Shown: positions 18,723 through 28,462 of the stretch, in pieces
Numbering within the stretch: the stretch's first letter is position 1
Layout: each line of letters starts with the position of its first letter
NCBI GenBank assembly: GCA_938021205.1
Contig: CALIGI010000151.1
Span: 2,818 to 66,817, forward strand
DNA length: 64,000 nucleotides
Reading direction: 5' to 3'
From: an uncultured Pseudanabaenaceae cyanobacterium
GTDB lineage: Bacteria; Cyanobacteriota; Cyanobacteriia; PCC-9006; JAAUQQ01
Made by a program: the position numbers and the translations under genes
The notes under the pieces: model-generated
Told to the model about the DNA's origin: nothing
What the model saw: the letters and a program-made list of their open reading frames with translations, nothing else
The model's database searches: none

Positions 18723-20006
18723 TTGGCGGGAATACTCACTAGTGATAGGTATTCATCCCCCGCCCCGCGAGGAGCCCTAACCTTGAACGCCCAGCCGATT
18801 AGCGCCAAGACCACCAGCAATAAAGCGCTCAACATCACCATTCTCGTCAGCGACCTCTCCGACAGTGGAGCTGGACGCTGGGGCGATGCCGTGCGGCCTT
18901 TTCTCCTCACCAAGGCGCTCCATAGCCTGGGGCACCGAGTCAAAATCCTTGGCTTTAATAAGGATGGCAGCGGCAATCTCAAAAGCTCTGAACAGCTACC
19001 TATCCAGCAAATTCCGGGTGGGATTTACCCCAATTTTTTTAGCTCAGCTCGCCAGCTTCTCAAAGCACTCAAGGATGAACCGGCGGACCTGCTCTATGCC
19101 TACAAGCCCAAGCCCAGTAGCTTTGGCCTCGGTTTGCTCCATCGCATCAGTCGTAAAACACCGCTGTTTCTCGATATCGACGACTGGGAGCTGAGCTGGC
19201 ATGGCGGCGATGCCTATCGTTACCAGACCAGCCCACGCCAATTCATCCGCGACCTTCGCTCCGACTGCGCCCTGCGGGAGCCGGACTACCCAGCGTATCT
19301 CAAGCAAATGGAAAAGCTGATTGACCGGGCAGACCATGTCACGACCCACAATCAGTTTTTGCAAAGCCGTTTTGGCGGGACTTATATCCCCAATGGCAAG
19401 GACATTCACGCCTTTAATCCGGCGAACTATATTACGGAAGATAGTCGCGATCGCTTTAACCTCAGTGGCTTCCGTACCCTGATGTTCCCCGGTGCCCCTC
19501 GCCCCTACAAAGGTGTGGAAGATATTCTTGCCGCCATAGAGCAACTCAACTGGCCCGACCTACGCTTGGTCATTGTCGGTGGCAGTCCCTACGACCAGTA
19601 CGATCAGCAACTCAAGTCGCGCTGGGGCCAGTGGATTATTAAAATCCCCAAGGTGCCCTACAGCCAAATGCCCGAAGTCATCAGCGCGGCCCATGCCGTA
19701 GTGGTCCCCCAACAGGATGTACCCGCAGCCCAGGCTCAATTCCCGCTCAAGCTCACCGATGGCATGGCCATGGCGAAGCCTATTTTGGCGACGCGGGTGG
19801 GCGATATTCCTCGCATTGTCGATGACACCGGGGAGCTGGCAGACCCCAGTAATGTGACCCAGCTTGCCCAGGGCATTGAAGCCATCTTTCGTGACTTGGA
19901 TGCAGCCAATGCTAGGGGGCTACGAGCCCGTGAGCGATGCATTGAGCATTACAGCATTGAAGCCATGGCTCGGACGTTGGCGGAGATACTACCGATGAAG
20001 ACTTAG
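18723..20006 (+). CDS. Glycosyltransferase, GT-B fold (GT4-like)
   Basis: 427-aa ORF starting at a TTG. There is an alternative in-frame TTG at 18783. The C-terminal half 'VVVPQQ......FPLKLTDGMAMAKPILATRVGDIP' resembles the GT4 EX7E region. Confidence 0.75.
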   Translation: MAGILTSDRYSSPAPRGALTLNAQPISAKTTSNKALNITILVSDLSDSGAGRWGDAVRPFLLTKALHSLGHRVKILGFNKDGSGNLKSSEQLPIQQIPGGIYPNFFSSARQLLKALKDEPADLLYAYKPKPSSFGLGLLHRISRKTPLFLDIDDWELSWHGGDAYRYQTSPRQFIRDLRSDCALREPDYPAYLKQMEKLIDRADHVTTHNQFLQSRFGGTYIPNGKDIHAFNPANYITEDSRDRFNLSGFRTLMFPGAPRPYKGVEDILAAIEQLNWPDLRLVIVGGSPYDQYDQQLKSRWGQWIIKIPKVPYSQMPEVISAAHAVVVPQQDVPAAQAQFPLKLTDGMAMAKPILATRVGDIPRIVDDTGELADPSNVTQLAQGIEAIFRDLDAANARGLRARERCIEHYSIEAMARTLAEILPMKT

Positions 20007-20173
20007 AGATGCAGATTTAGAGCTTGAGGCTGTGCTGGCAGAATAAGCCGAAGTTGCATCACCACAACGGATTGCTCGGCCTTTTCCCTGGCACCAGCCA
20101 TGAATGACATCGCTAGCCCATGTTTGAGTTCGTTTCTTGAGTTCGTTTCTTGACTTCCTCTTCCCCGCAACCC

Positions 20174-22315
20174 ATGGCCTCCTCCTCTAATCAACTCCTG
20201 ACTAGCGTTGCGAAAAAGTATCCCCTGCGGATTGCGGCTAGCATTGTGCTAGGCCTCTCGGGAGCTGTTTTCAATGGCATTGGCACAACGCTGATTGTGC
20301 CTGTCTTGCTTTCATTGATTGGCCAGGAGACCACTTTGGATGGGGGGCCACCGCTGCTGCAAAAGATTTTGTCGCCCTTTGATGCGATCGCCGGGGACTA
20401 TCGCATCCAAGCCATGACCGGCGTCATTATTCTGCTCATCTTCCTCAAAAGCGCCACCAACTATGGCAGCACCCTCGTTTCTACGACCCTGGCTCGCCGC
20501 GTCACCTCGGACTTTCAAGAACAAGGTATTAACCTCATCCTGGATGTGGATGTGGACTACTTCGCCAAAATGCGGGTCGGTGACTTGATGAACCGCCTCG
20601 GGGGCGAAATGAATCGAGCCACTCTGGCCATCACCGGAGCCGTTCAGCTCTTTGTGGCAGCCTCAACCGTCTTCGTATTTTTGGGGATTTTAATTGCCAT
20701 TTCTCCGGCGATCAGCATTGCCACAGTGCTAATTTTCCCTCTATCGATCCTGATCAACCGGGGCTTGATCATCAATTCAAAGCGGTTTGGAAAGCAACTC
20801 TCCCTCGTTAACAATCGCTATTCCAGCGGCCTTGTAGAACTCATTGGCGGGATGCGCCTGGTGCGGGCAACAGGTAATGAAGGCAGAGAGCATAAGCGTT
20901 TCATTGACTTAATTAAAGAACGGGAACGGATCGACTTTTTCGCGAAGGCCAATACTGGGGTGATTGGTCCCCTAGCTGAATTTTTCAACATCATGGCGCT
21001 GTTTGCGATCGTCTTTATTAGCCGCGCTATCTTCGCCAACAACTTAGAGCTGCTGGGCACGATCCTGCCGCTCTACATGATCTTGATCTTCCGCATGTTG
21101 CCCTACATCAGTCAGATCAATACAGCGCGGGATGTCCTGGCCATGTCTTCTTCTCCAATGGAAGTGGTCAACGACATGCTGCGTCGCGACAACAAGAGCT
21201 TTATGCCCCGTAACCATGAGCCTTACCCCGGCCTACAGAGCGACATCGAATTCCAAAACCTACATTTCGGCTATCCCGGTGGCGATGATCTGGTCTTGTG
21301 CGGCATTGATTTAACCTTGCCCAAAGGCACCACCCTGGCCTTAGTCGGTTCATCCGGTGCAGGCAAATCCACCCTAGCAGAGCTGCTGCCTCGCTTCTAT
21401 GACCCCAGCGGCGGCCAAATTATCATTAACGATCGCGACTTACGCGACTATGATATTGCCTCCTTCCGCCGCACCATCGGCATTGTGAGCCAGGAAACCT
21501 TCCTGTTTAACAACACCGTGCGCTACAACCTGGCCTATGGTCGCCCCGAGGCCACGGATGAGGAAATCAACGCTGCCCTGCGCCAGGCCAATGCCTATGA
21601 GTTTGTTCAAGAGATGAGCGAAGGGTTGGACACCGTTGTGGGCGATCGCGGCATCATGCTCTCTGGTGGCCAACGCCAGCGCCTTGCCATTGCCCGCGCC
21701 CTGGTGCAAGATCCCGAGATTCTCATTCTTGACGAAGCCACCAGCGCCTTGGATACGGTGTCGGAGCGATTGGTGCAAGCAGCGATCGATGAGTTGAGTA
21801 AGGAACGCACCACCTTGGTCATTGCTCACCGCCTTTCCACGGTCCGCAAAGCCGATCAAATTGCCGTGCTGGATCAGGGCCGCGTGGTGGAGCTGGGCAG
21901 TCACGATATGCTACTCAAGCAAGGTGGCCTCTATAGCGAATTGCACAATATGCAGGCCGCGAAGCAGAGTGAAGCAGTAGAAGACATTGAAGCTGGAGAT
22001 ATGGAGCCAGCCGCTATTCTGGAGCCAGCCGCTATTGCAGCCCAAACAACCGTTCTGGAGCAAACAGCCATTTTGGAGCAAACAGCCATTGCCCGTAAAG
22101 CCGAGCAAACGGTGATGGCTCAGCTCAAACTCGTTCCCATGTCCTATGAAACGCGATCTATCATGACGGCAATGATTGGCTCTCTGGGACTGCTCGCCGA
22201 TAATTTGGTTGAGACCGAACAGGAACGCAGTGAGCTGTCTCGCGATGCTTATGATTCAGCATTGGAAGTCTTGAAGCGCCTGGAGCGTTTGGAAGAAAGC
22301 GGCCTAAGCTCGTAA
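20174..22315 (+). CDS. ABC exporter, fused permease/ATPase (MsbA-like) with an atypical ~120-aa C-terminal extension
   Basis: A six-helix TMD is followed by Walker A 'GSSGAGKST', the signature 'LSGGQRQR', Walker B 'ILILDEATSALD' and the H-loop 'IAHRLS'. The ATG at 20174 is preferred over the TTG at 20150. Confidence 0.9.
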   Translation: MASSSNQLLTSVAKKYPLRIAASIVLGLSGAVFNGIGTTLIVPVLLSLIGQETTLDGGPPLLQKILSPFDAIAGDYRIQAMTGVIILLIFLKSATNYGSTLVSTTLARRVTSDFQEQGINLILDVDVDYFAKMRVGDLMNRLGGEMNRATLAITGAVQLFVAASTVFVFLGILIAISPAISIATVLIFPLSILINRGLIINSKRFGKQLSLVNNRYSSGLVELIGGMRLVRATGNEGREHKRFIDLIKERERIDFFAKANTGVIGPLAEFFNIMALFAIVFISRAIFANNLELLGTILPLYMILIFRMLPYISQINTARDVLAMSSSPMEVVNDMLRRDNKSFMPRNHEPYPGLQSDIEFQNLHFGYPGGDDLVLCGIDLTLPKGTTLALVGSSGAGKSTLAELLPRFYDPSGGQIIINDRDLRDYDIASFRRTIGIVSQETFLFNNTVRYNLAYGRPEATDEEINAALRQANAYEFVQEMSEGLDTVVGDRGIMLSGGQRQRLAIARALVQDPEILILDEATSALDTVSERLVQAAIDELSKERTTLVIAHRLSTVRKADQIAVLDQGRVVELGSHDMLLKQGGLYSELHNMQAAKQSEAVEDIEAGDMEPAAILEPAAIAAQTTVLEQTAILEQTAIARKAEQTVMAQLKLVPMSYETRSIMTAMIGSLGLLADNLVETEQERSELSRDAYDSALEVLKRLERLEESGLSS
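22004..22093 (+). repeat. 18-bp in-frame tandem repeats (x5) encoding E(P/Q)(A/T)AIL hexapeptides in the ABC exporter tail
   Basis: GAGCCAGCCGCTATTCTG GAGCCAGCCGCTATTGCA GCCCAAACAACCGTTCTG GAGCAAACAGCCATTTTG GAGCAAACAGCCATTGCC. Confidence 0.85.
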
Positions 22316-22815
22316 TTCAATATCTCAAGACCTAGCTTCAATACAACGAAGTGCAAAGAAATGAGGATTAATTAAAATCGCATTAATACTCGATAAATTG
22401 ATTTGAGTTTTCCGACCCCCAATCATGTCAAAGTTCGAGTTTTTCCTTATTAAGTTTCAGGCTTCAGTCCAACCTAAAAAGTTCCTATTACGGTCTAATT
22501 AAATCCTCATTACCTTAGAGTTTTAGCCATACTTACTAACCAGAAAGGCTCAAAATTCTGAATTCAAATTAGAGTCATAGATTACACTTTTGGCAAAAAA
22601 TGAGTCGCCAGACCTCAGGGATAGACTGATTTTAGAAAGGTAAGACCCAGCCCCTCCTCAAAAAGGCTTGAAATGGTCTGTGATTGAACCGTGTACCTGG
22701 GCCAAACCAACACATATCTCCTCCTAATAGAAGGTAGAATTTGCCTTGGCTAGGCCCAAAAGAGTGGGCTTGCTTAGCCTAGCGACTCAAGTCATTGCAA
22801 ACCCACCCTGGCCCC

Positions 22816-23706
22816 TTACCGAAAGGTCAGTAGCTCAGACGTGGCAGTAATTAGATCAGATTGTATGACATAGGCATTCTGCGCCGTGGCTATTAAATCA
22901 CCCCTTAGCAAAATCTTAGTGCTCACTTGAGAACCAATCGTACTGTATTCCAGTGAATAGTTGCTAGTGCTTCCATTAACTACAATCTGATCTCGCTCTT
23001 GCCATGTGAAGTCAGTAATGAGGACATCACCGGTGCCTCGATAGAAACTAGCGCCCGTATCACCTAAAACAAATAGGTCAGCACCACCTCCACCTGTGGC
23101 AAGATCGAGTTCCCCAGTATTCCCAGAAAATGTCTGCCCTGAGCCTCGAAGAATATCTCGTCCTGTTCCACCGTAGAGTGTGTCATTACCGAAAGCAGAA
23201 CCTATGAGTTCATCATTGCCTGATCCACCATCGAGTCTGTCATCGCCAGAGCGACTGAAGAGTCTGTCATTGCCTGGACCTCCATATAATTCGTCATTGC
23301 CAAAGGCACCAGAAATATGGTCATCGCCAGAGCCACCTTCTAGAATGTCACCGTTTTGGCTCCTTGTGGTAATTGTGTCATTACCGGAGCCACCAGAGAC
23401 ATAGTTATCACCAAAGCCAGCAGCCAGGGTGTCATTACCTGGACCTCCATATAACTCGTCATTGTCATCAAACCCAAAAAGACGGTCATCGCCGGGGCCA
23501 CCCGAAAGAAAGTCATCACCATCACGACCTGAAAGAAAATCATTACCAGAGCCACCAAAGATACTGTCATCTTGGATGCTACCTGTCAGATTATCATTTC
23601 CTCCCTTTCCGTTGATTGTCCAAGACTTAACAAAGTCAGGGACTCTAAAGACATCATTCCCATCGGTTCCAATATAGCGGCCTTCGTAAACTTCCATTGT
23701 GATCAT
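22816..23706 (-). CDS. RTX-type (haemolysin-type) calcium-binding repeat protein
   Basis: 296 aa with more than 12 nonapeptide GGxGxDxLx repeats (GGSGNDFLSGRDGDDFLSGGPGDDRLFG...) and a non-repeat C-terminal beta-rich domain. Confidence 0.85.
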   Translation of the reverse strand: MITMEVYEGRYIGTDGNDVFRVPDFVKSWTINGKGGNDNLTGSIQDDSIFGGSGNDFLSGRDGDDFLSGGPGDDRLFGFDDNDELYGGPGNDTLAAGFGDNYVSGGSGNDTITTRSQNGDILEGGSGDDHISGAFGNDELYGGPGNDRLFSRSGDDRLDGGSGNDELIGSAFGNDTLYGGTGRDILRGSGQTFSGNTGELDLATGGGGADLFVLGDTGASFYRGTGDVLITDFTWQERDQIVVNGSTSNYSLEYSTIGSQVSTKILLRGDLIATAQNAYVIQSDLITATSELLTFR

Positions 23707-23911
23707 CCTGAATTGAGCTATCTGATTAACGACTTAGTGAGCATGAAGTGAACTGTTTTAGTTGGATCTTTCCATCTAAGTGGGTCGGCAGAAATAAAAG
23801 TGCCACCCTATTCTTTAAAAGCCTGACTGGCTGGGGAGATTGTTCACAGAAATCACGCTCGCTGACTTAAGAACGAGGATTGATTAATCCCACAATTTGA
23901 TGAGCTTCCTC

Positions 23912-24012
23912 CCATTGCCTTCGGTAGACTCAGGCAATGGAAGGGGCTAGGGGGATCTTTGGGTGGTAAGGCAAACAGCTGATCCCCCTCCCCCCCCTTA
24001 AGAGGGGAGAGC
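23912..24012. repeat. Cluster of three adjacent hairpins, G/C-tract palindromic repeat
   Basis: The hairpins are CCATTGCC..GGCAATGG, AGGGGGATC..GATCCCCCT and CTCCCC..GGGGAG. The cluster shares AGGGGCTAGGGG with the element at 8728-8884. Confidence 0.4.
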
Positions 24013-24801
24013 CTAATTTAATTCTCGTTCCTTAGAATCGTGATTTTGAGTTAGAAACACTGATTCATCTGCTAAATCATCTAGATTCACGACATTAAGT
24101 ACAATCCCAGAAAGCATCTACATGAATGATTTCATGAAACTTTACTTCCCGAAATTCATCATCTAATTGCTCTCTAAGAAGCTTAATTTTGACTTTAGTT
24201 GAATTTAGAGATCACAGATCAAAACGGCGATTTTAATCTCAACAACTGATTCACTACCCTGACAATCTAAGTTGTTTGTTTTGTCATGGTACAACACTCT
24301 AAAATATTTTTATAAAAGTGATTTAAGCCAGAAAAACAAGAGTGAGTATATAGTTTAGCTAGTGGTAAGTTATGAAACTTATGGAAGGGTATAAACCCTG
24401 AAAAACAGAGGAATAATATATTATTTTTCTGATAGATTAAAAAATAAATAGCGTAGACTTCAAGGCTGAGACCCTATCGCAAACATGCTTTTAGCGTGGC
24501 TTTTTTTCGTGATTGTGGCGATTTATAGTTCTTTTACACTTCTTCCTGTGTTTCTTTTAGTACATCGAAAGACAGTTTGAGAATAGTTGTTAAACATCTC
24601 CTTTTGAAGCAAATAGACTCAGTCAGCGTTAGTTAATTGAGGGATGTATTGACGAAGCAATGAATTCTTCAAAGCATTCGAATCTAAGGAGTACAGCGTT
24701 ACCTGCTATTTTGAAAACCTCCCCTATTTCAGCAACACCGGAATTTCCAGAACTGTAATATGTCCCAGGCCCTGGTGGGCAGGGCCCTAAGTCGCTAATG
24801 C

Positions 24802-26970
24802 CTAGCGTCCTGCCACAGGTGACAGATTATTGCCGTACTTTGCCATCAGTTGAGACATCTCAGGGTTATACAACCGCATGTAATTCCAGTAATTCTCAAA
24901 CACATGCTCCACATAGCCCCGAGTCTCCGGGAAGGGAATCTTCTCCACAAAGCTATCCACATCCTCATTCTTAAACCGCTGCACCCAGTCCGCCACATTG
25001 CCTGGCCCAGCGTTATAGCTCGCCACTGCCAGCATGGAATTCCCATTCCACTCCTCATGAGTATAGTTGAGATACCAAGTCCCCATCTTGAGGTTATCTA
25101 GCGGGTCCGTCAGCTCAAATTCATCGATCCCTGCATTGGGTGCAACCCAGTCCGCCGTTGCTGGCATGACCTGCATCAGCCCGCGTGCACCAACGACTGA
25201 GCCAATACTCGGCATAAAACGCGACTCCTGGCGAATCAGGGCTGTTACGAGTAGCGGATTCAGCTTCTCATTCTTGGAAGCCTGCTGAATATCTTCAAAA
25301 TAGGGCAGGGGGTAGAGCGCATACCAATATTCAGCCTGGCGGCTCAGGGCCTCATATTCAGCCTTTTCTTTGGGGTCATCGCGGAAGGCCAAGCTACCAA
25401 TCATGTAGATACCATCCAGGTGGTCACCCACGCCCAAACGCAACAGTCCATCGGTGAACTGCTCTGCCACACTGGGGTCCTGGCGATTGATGAATTCGGT
25501 TTGCCACAGCTCCCAAGCCGCTTGATCTTCGCCGATCGCATACAGTTCATTCACTGCCTCAGAGCCCGCAGGCAGGTTACCTCGCTGGGTGTGGGGCACC
25601 ATCTCCGGGGAGAGGTCTTTCACCGAGAGGAAGTCACCTACAGGTAAACCCAAAACGGCCGCTGCTCGCCAAGCATAATAAGAATCGGGATAGTCCTTCA
25701 GCAAACTGTTAAAGGCCTCAGCAGCTTGCGGGTTTTGCTGGAGCTTTTGCTGCCAGCGACCCTGCCAAAAGATAGCTCGGGGAGTGTTCTCATGGCCGAC
25801 ATTGAACTTTTGGATATCTGAAGTGAGCTGGACTGCTTCTTTGAAGCTATTGACCTCGGCATATTTCTCCGCCAGTTCCCAGCGCAATTCCGCCGCTGCA
25901 TCGGACTTGGGATGCTGCTGAAGCAGGAACTGCCGCATCTGAGAGGCCGAGTCTTGGCTACTGAGCTTGTCTAGCAATCGCGATTTTTGCAATAGCGCTT
26001 CCGGCGCATGGTCCGGGTAAGCCTGAATCAACTGCTCCCAGTAGGGCAAGGCTTTTTGGCCTGAGCTCATTTCTGCCAAGCGCTTGAGGGATAGGCCCGC
26101 TTCTTCTGTCCCAGCAAAGGACTGAGCGACCTGGATATAGATCGGCTTGGACTTGCTTTGTTGTTCGCTGAGCTGGAGGCTACGGGCTGTGCGGTAGAGA
26201 TGCTTGGCATTGGCGGGAGCCTTGGCATAGGCCTTGGCTCCGCCTTTGAAGTTGAGCTTTTCCCAATGGGCAAAGCCAACATCCGCCCAGTCTTCGGGCT
26301 TAAGCTGAATATCTTGCTTCTCGACGAGGTCAGTCAAAACCTGATCTAGGGTTTCGGTGTGGAGGCCGTGGCGCACGACCTGCATCATGAGGTTGGTGTT
26401 TTTGGGTTCTTTTTTGAGGCGGGCGATCGCCAGTTCCACAGTCTTTGGATAGCTGGGGAAGCGAGATAGCGCTTGACTCCCATAGCTATCGTCTTTCTCC
26501 GCCAACGTGATGAGAGCTGCCGCAATCACTGGGCTATCGCCCTCCAGTGCAGCTAGTTCCTGCCAAACCGCTTCAGCCTGATTGACATTGCCCAGCTTTG
26601 TCAGCGCCTGGGCCCGCATAGCCAGTACCTGAGGAGCCAATAGTTTGTAATCTGTATCCAAGCCCTGAAGCCAATCCAAGGCTACCTGGGGCTGCTCTGC
26701 CAGGGCACGATGGGCAAGGATATAGCGAGCCCGATTGCGAGCTTGATCCGCGTTGGGCCGCTTGGCAATGAGCTCAAGCTGGAGATCATTGAGCTGCTGT
26801 AAGCCTTTTGCCTCGGGTGACTGGGGAGATCTGGCCAGGGTTTCGACCCTCGGGCGGTCCTCCCGCAGGGACGAAGCGAGGGGAATGAGAATGCCAGCGG
26901 CAGCCCCCAGCGTCATGGCCGTAATAGCGCTGGCTAAGAGAATAAAATTGAGCCTGGGATTTTTCGGCAT
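24802..26970 (-). CDS. Soluble lytic murein transglycosylase (Slt70-like, superhelical N-domain + SLT domain)
   Basis: The C-terminal 'ALIRQESRFMPSIGSVVGARGLMQVMPATA...AVASYNAGPGNV' is the SLT catalytic domain. The N-terminus has a signal anchor after M25 (MPKNPRLNFILLASAITAM). The ORF opens at 27042. Confidence 0.85.
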   Translation of the reverse strand: MPKNPRLNFILLASAITAMTLGAAAGILIPLASSLREDRPRVETLARSPQSPEAKGLQQLNDLQLELIAKRPNADQARNRARYILAHRALAEQPQVALDWLQGLDTDYKLLAPQVLAMRAQALTKLGNVNQAEAVWQELAALEGDSPVIAAALITLAEKDDSYGSQALSRFPSYPKTVELAIARLKKEPKNTNLMMQVVRHGLHTETLDQVLTDLVEKQDIQLKPEDWADVGFAHWEKLNFKGGAKAYAKAPANAKHLYRTARSLQLSEQQSKSKPIYIQVAQSFAGTEEAGLSLKRLAEMSSGQKALPYWEQLIQAYPDHAPEALLQKSRLLDKLSSQDSASQMRQFLLQQHPKSDAAAELRWELAEKYAEVNSFKEAVQLTSDIQKFNVGHENTPRAIFWQGRWQQKLQQNPQAAEAFNSLLKDYPDSYYAWRAAAVLGLPVGDFLSVKDLSPEMVPHTQRGNLPAGSEAVNELYAIGEDQAAWELWQTEFINRQDPSVAEQFTDGLLRLGVGDHLDGIYMIGSLAFRDDPKEKAEYEALSRQAEYWYALYPLPYFEDIQQASKNEKLNPLLVTALIRQESRFMPSIGSVVGARGLMQVMPATADWVAPNAGIDEFELTDPLDNLKMGTWYLNYTHEEWNGNSMLAVASYNAGPGNVADWVQRFKNEDVDSFVEKIPFPETRGYVEHVFENYWNYMRLYNPEMSQLMAKYGNNLSPVAGR

Positions 26971-27388
26971 AGTGCGATGCAATGCAGGTCCTAAGGGTCT
27001 CAAAGGGGGCAGACGAGCTGATGAGCTGAGCCATAATGCCACGGCATCATCTAAATGTCGTTGACCAAGATAACGTGCCCCAGAAAATTTGCGTAGGGGG
27101 GGATAGCGCTAAATGCTACGAGTCATTCCCCAGGCTTTTGTTCCACGTGGGAGCTTCATTAGAGGGCGGGGCTATGGGCTGAAACAATTGTCGCCAGATT
27201 GATCCAGATAAACCAATAATAGAAGATGCATAGCCTTGGCAACATCACCTAGGACGATCACCGCCTGTCCAATCTAGAAGATGACAGGCGGCGATGTAGA
27301 TAGCAAGCCTCCGAACCAGTGAGACCGTGGCTATAAATCTATAAAGCATCGGCCTGTTTCGCATTACTCCCTAGAGTCCCCAATTCCC

Positions 27389-27562
27389 ATGTCCTCTCGT
27401 CTGAGCCTCTTTCTTGTTAGCCTCGCAGTCACCTTCGCCTTCTGGATCCTGCGAGGGCTTGGCATCCTCAGCTTTGTTCCCGGACTAGTACTGTGGATGC
27501 TCATCGTCATCTCGGTAGCTTTTGGCATCCTTGCCACGACCCGACCGCGTCGATCGTCCTAG
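27389..27562 (+). CDS. Possible 57-aa two-helix membrane peptide (below the ORF-track cutoff)
   Basis: Hand translation gives MSSRLSLFLVSLAVTFAFWILRGLGILSFVPGLVLWMLIVISVAFGILATTRPRRSS. It overlaps the 3' end of the convergent YihY gene by 78 nt. Only hydrophobicity supports it. Confidence 0.3.
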   Translation: MSSRLSLFLVSLAVTFAFWILRGLGILSFVPGLVLWMLIVISVAFGILATTRPRRSS

Positions 27563-28462
27563 GCGATTCTTGGCCGACTTTCCGCTGCCTCGGGAGGCTG
27601 TAAAGCTTCCCGCTACGTTACCTACGGTGACATTAAGCTGGTTACCAATGAGCATGACCAGGCAGCTCAAGTAGAGCCACACCAACAAAATAATCACGGT
27701 ACTGAGGGTGCCATAGGTGTAGTTATAGTTGACCACCTTGAGAATATGGTTACGGAACAGCAGTGAAATACCGGCCCAACAAAAAGCAGCGATCACCGCA
27801 CCGGGGAAAATTGGAGTACCGGGTCGCCAACGGCTGGGTCCCCAGCGGTAGATGAAAGCAAAGGCGATCGCCACTAAGCCCAGCGCCATGGGCAGGCTAA
27901 ACCCCTGCCAAATCCGCAGCAAAAACACCTCAAAGGTATCGCCGCTATTTTGAGCGACCAGGTTGACGATGAGCCCACTGACAAAAATCAGAAAGATCGC
28001 CCCGAGCAACATGGCAACGCTGCCCACTGCCAGCAGAATGGCAATCATGCGATGTTGCCAAAAAGGGCGACGCTGCTTTGGCGGCACCTCATGAATTTGA
28101 TCCATTGCCACCATGGCAGATCCCACCACACTGGACGAAGCCCAGAGCACACCAAAGGATGTTAGAGACAGCAGGCTTTGATTACGGCCACTAATATCCT
28201 GGAGAAATTCTTCTAGTAAGCTCGTGACTGGCAGGGGAGCTAGGAACTGAACCTGCTGTGCCAGTTGGTTCACCGCCGTACGGGGCGCATCAAAAATCGT
28301 GATTACTGTCAAGATCGCAAACAGGCCTGGAAACAGTGACAGCATTGAATTGTAGGCCATTTCTGAAGCGAGGCCCATGAGCCGCTGTCGCCCCGAATTA
28401 CGAATGACCTTCACCAGGGTTGAGCCGGTCAAACTGCGAAGAAAAGTAACGAAATCGATCAT
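27485..28462 (-). CDS. YihY/BrkB (ribonuclease BN-like) family membrane protein
   Basis: 325 aa. 'ASEMAYNSMLSLFPGL' and the six-helix layout are typical of the YihY family. The C-terminal tail is basic and low-complexity. Confidence 0.85.
   Translation of the reverse strand: MIDFVTFLRSLTGSTLVKVIRNSGRQRLMGLASEMAYNSMLSLFPGLFAILTVITIFDAPRTAVNQLAQQVQFLAPLPVTSLLEEFLQDISGRNQSLLSLTSFGVLWASSSVVGSAMVAMDQIHEVPPKQRRPFWQHRMIAILLAVGSVAMLLGAIFLIFVSGLIVNLVAQNSGDTFEVFLLRIWQGFSLPMALGLVAIAFAFIYRWGPSRWRPGTPIFPGAVIAAFCWAGISLLFRNHILKVVNYNYTYGTLSTVIILLVWLYLSCLVMLIGNQLNVTVGNVAGSFTASRGSGKSAKNRLGRSTRSGRGKDAKSYRDDDEHPQY

Noticed and set aside
11009-22093. Short tandem repeats (24-bp x4 in TPS2, 18-bp x5 in the ABC tail, 12-bp x5 upstream of fni, 13-bp x2 at 20125-20150) considered as possible CRISPR arrays.
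   Set aside because: The units are contiguous with no unique spacers, most are in-frame coding repeats, and no cas genes are present.
20150-23706. The ABC exporter plus RTX protein read as a type I secretion pair.
   Set aside because: The exporter lacks the N-terminal C39/C39-like domain of HlyB-type T1SS ABCs. No membrane-fusion protein gene is present. The two genes are convergent and separated by 500 bp.
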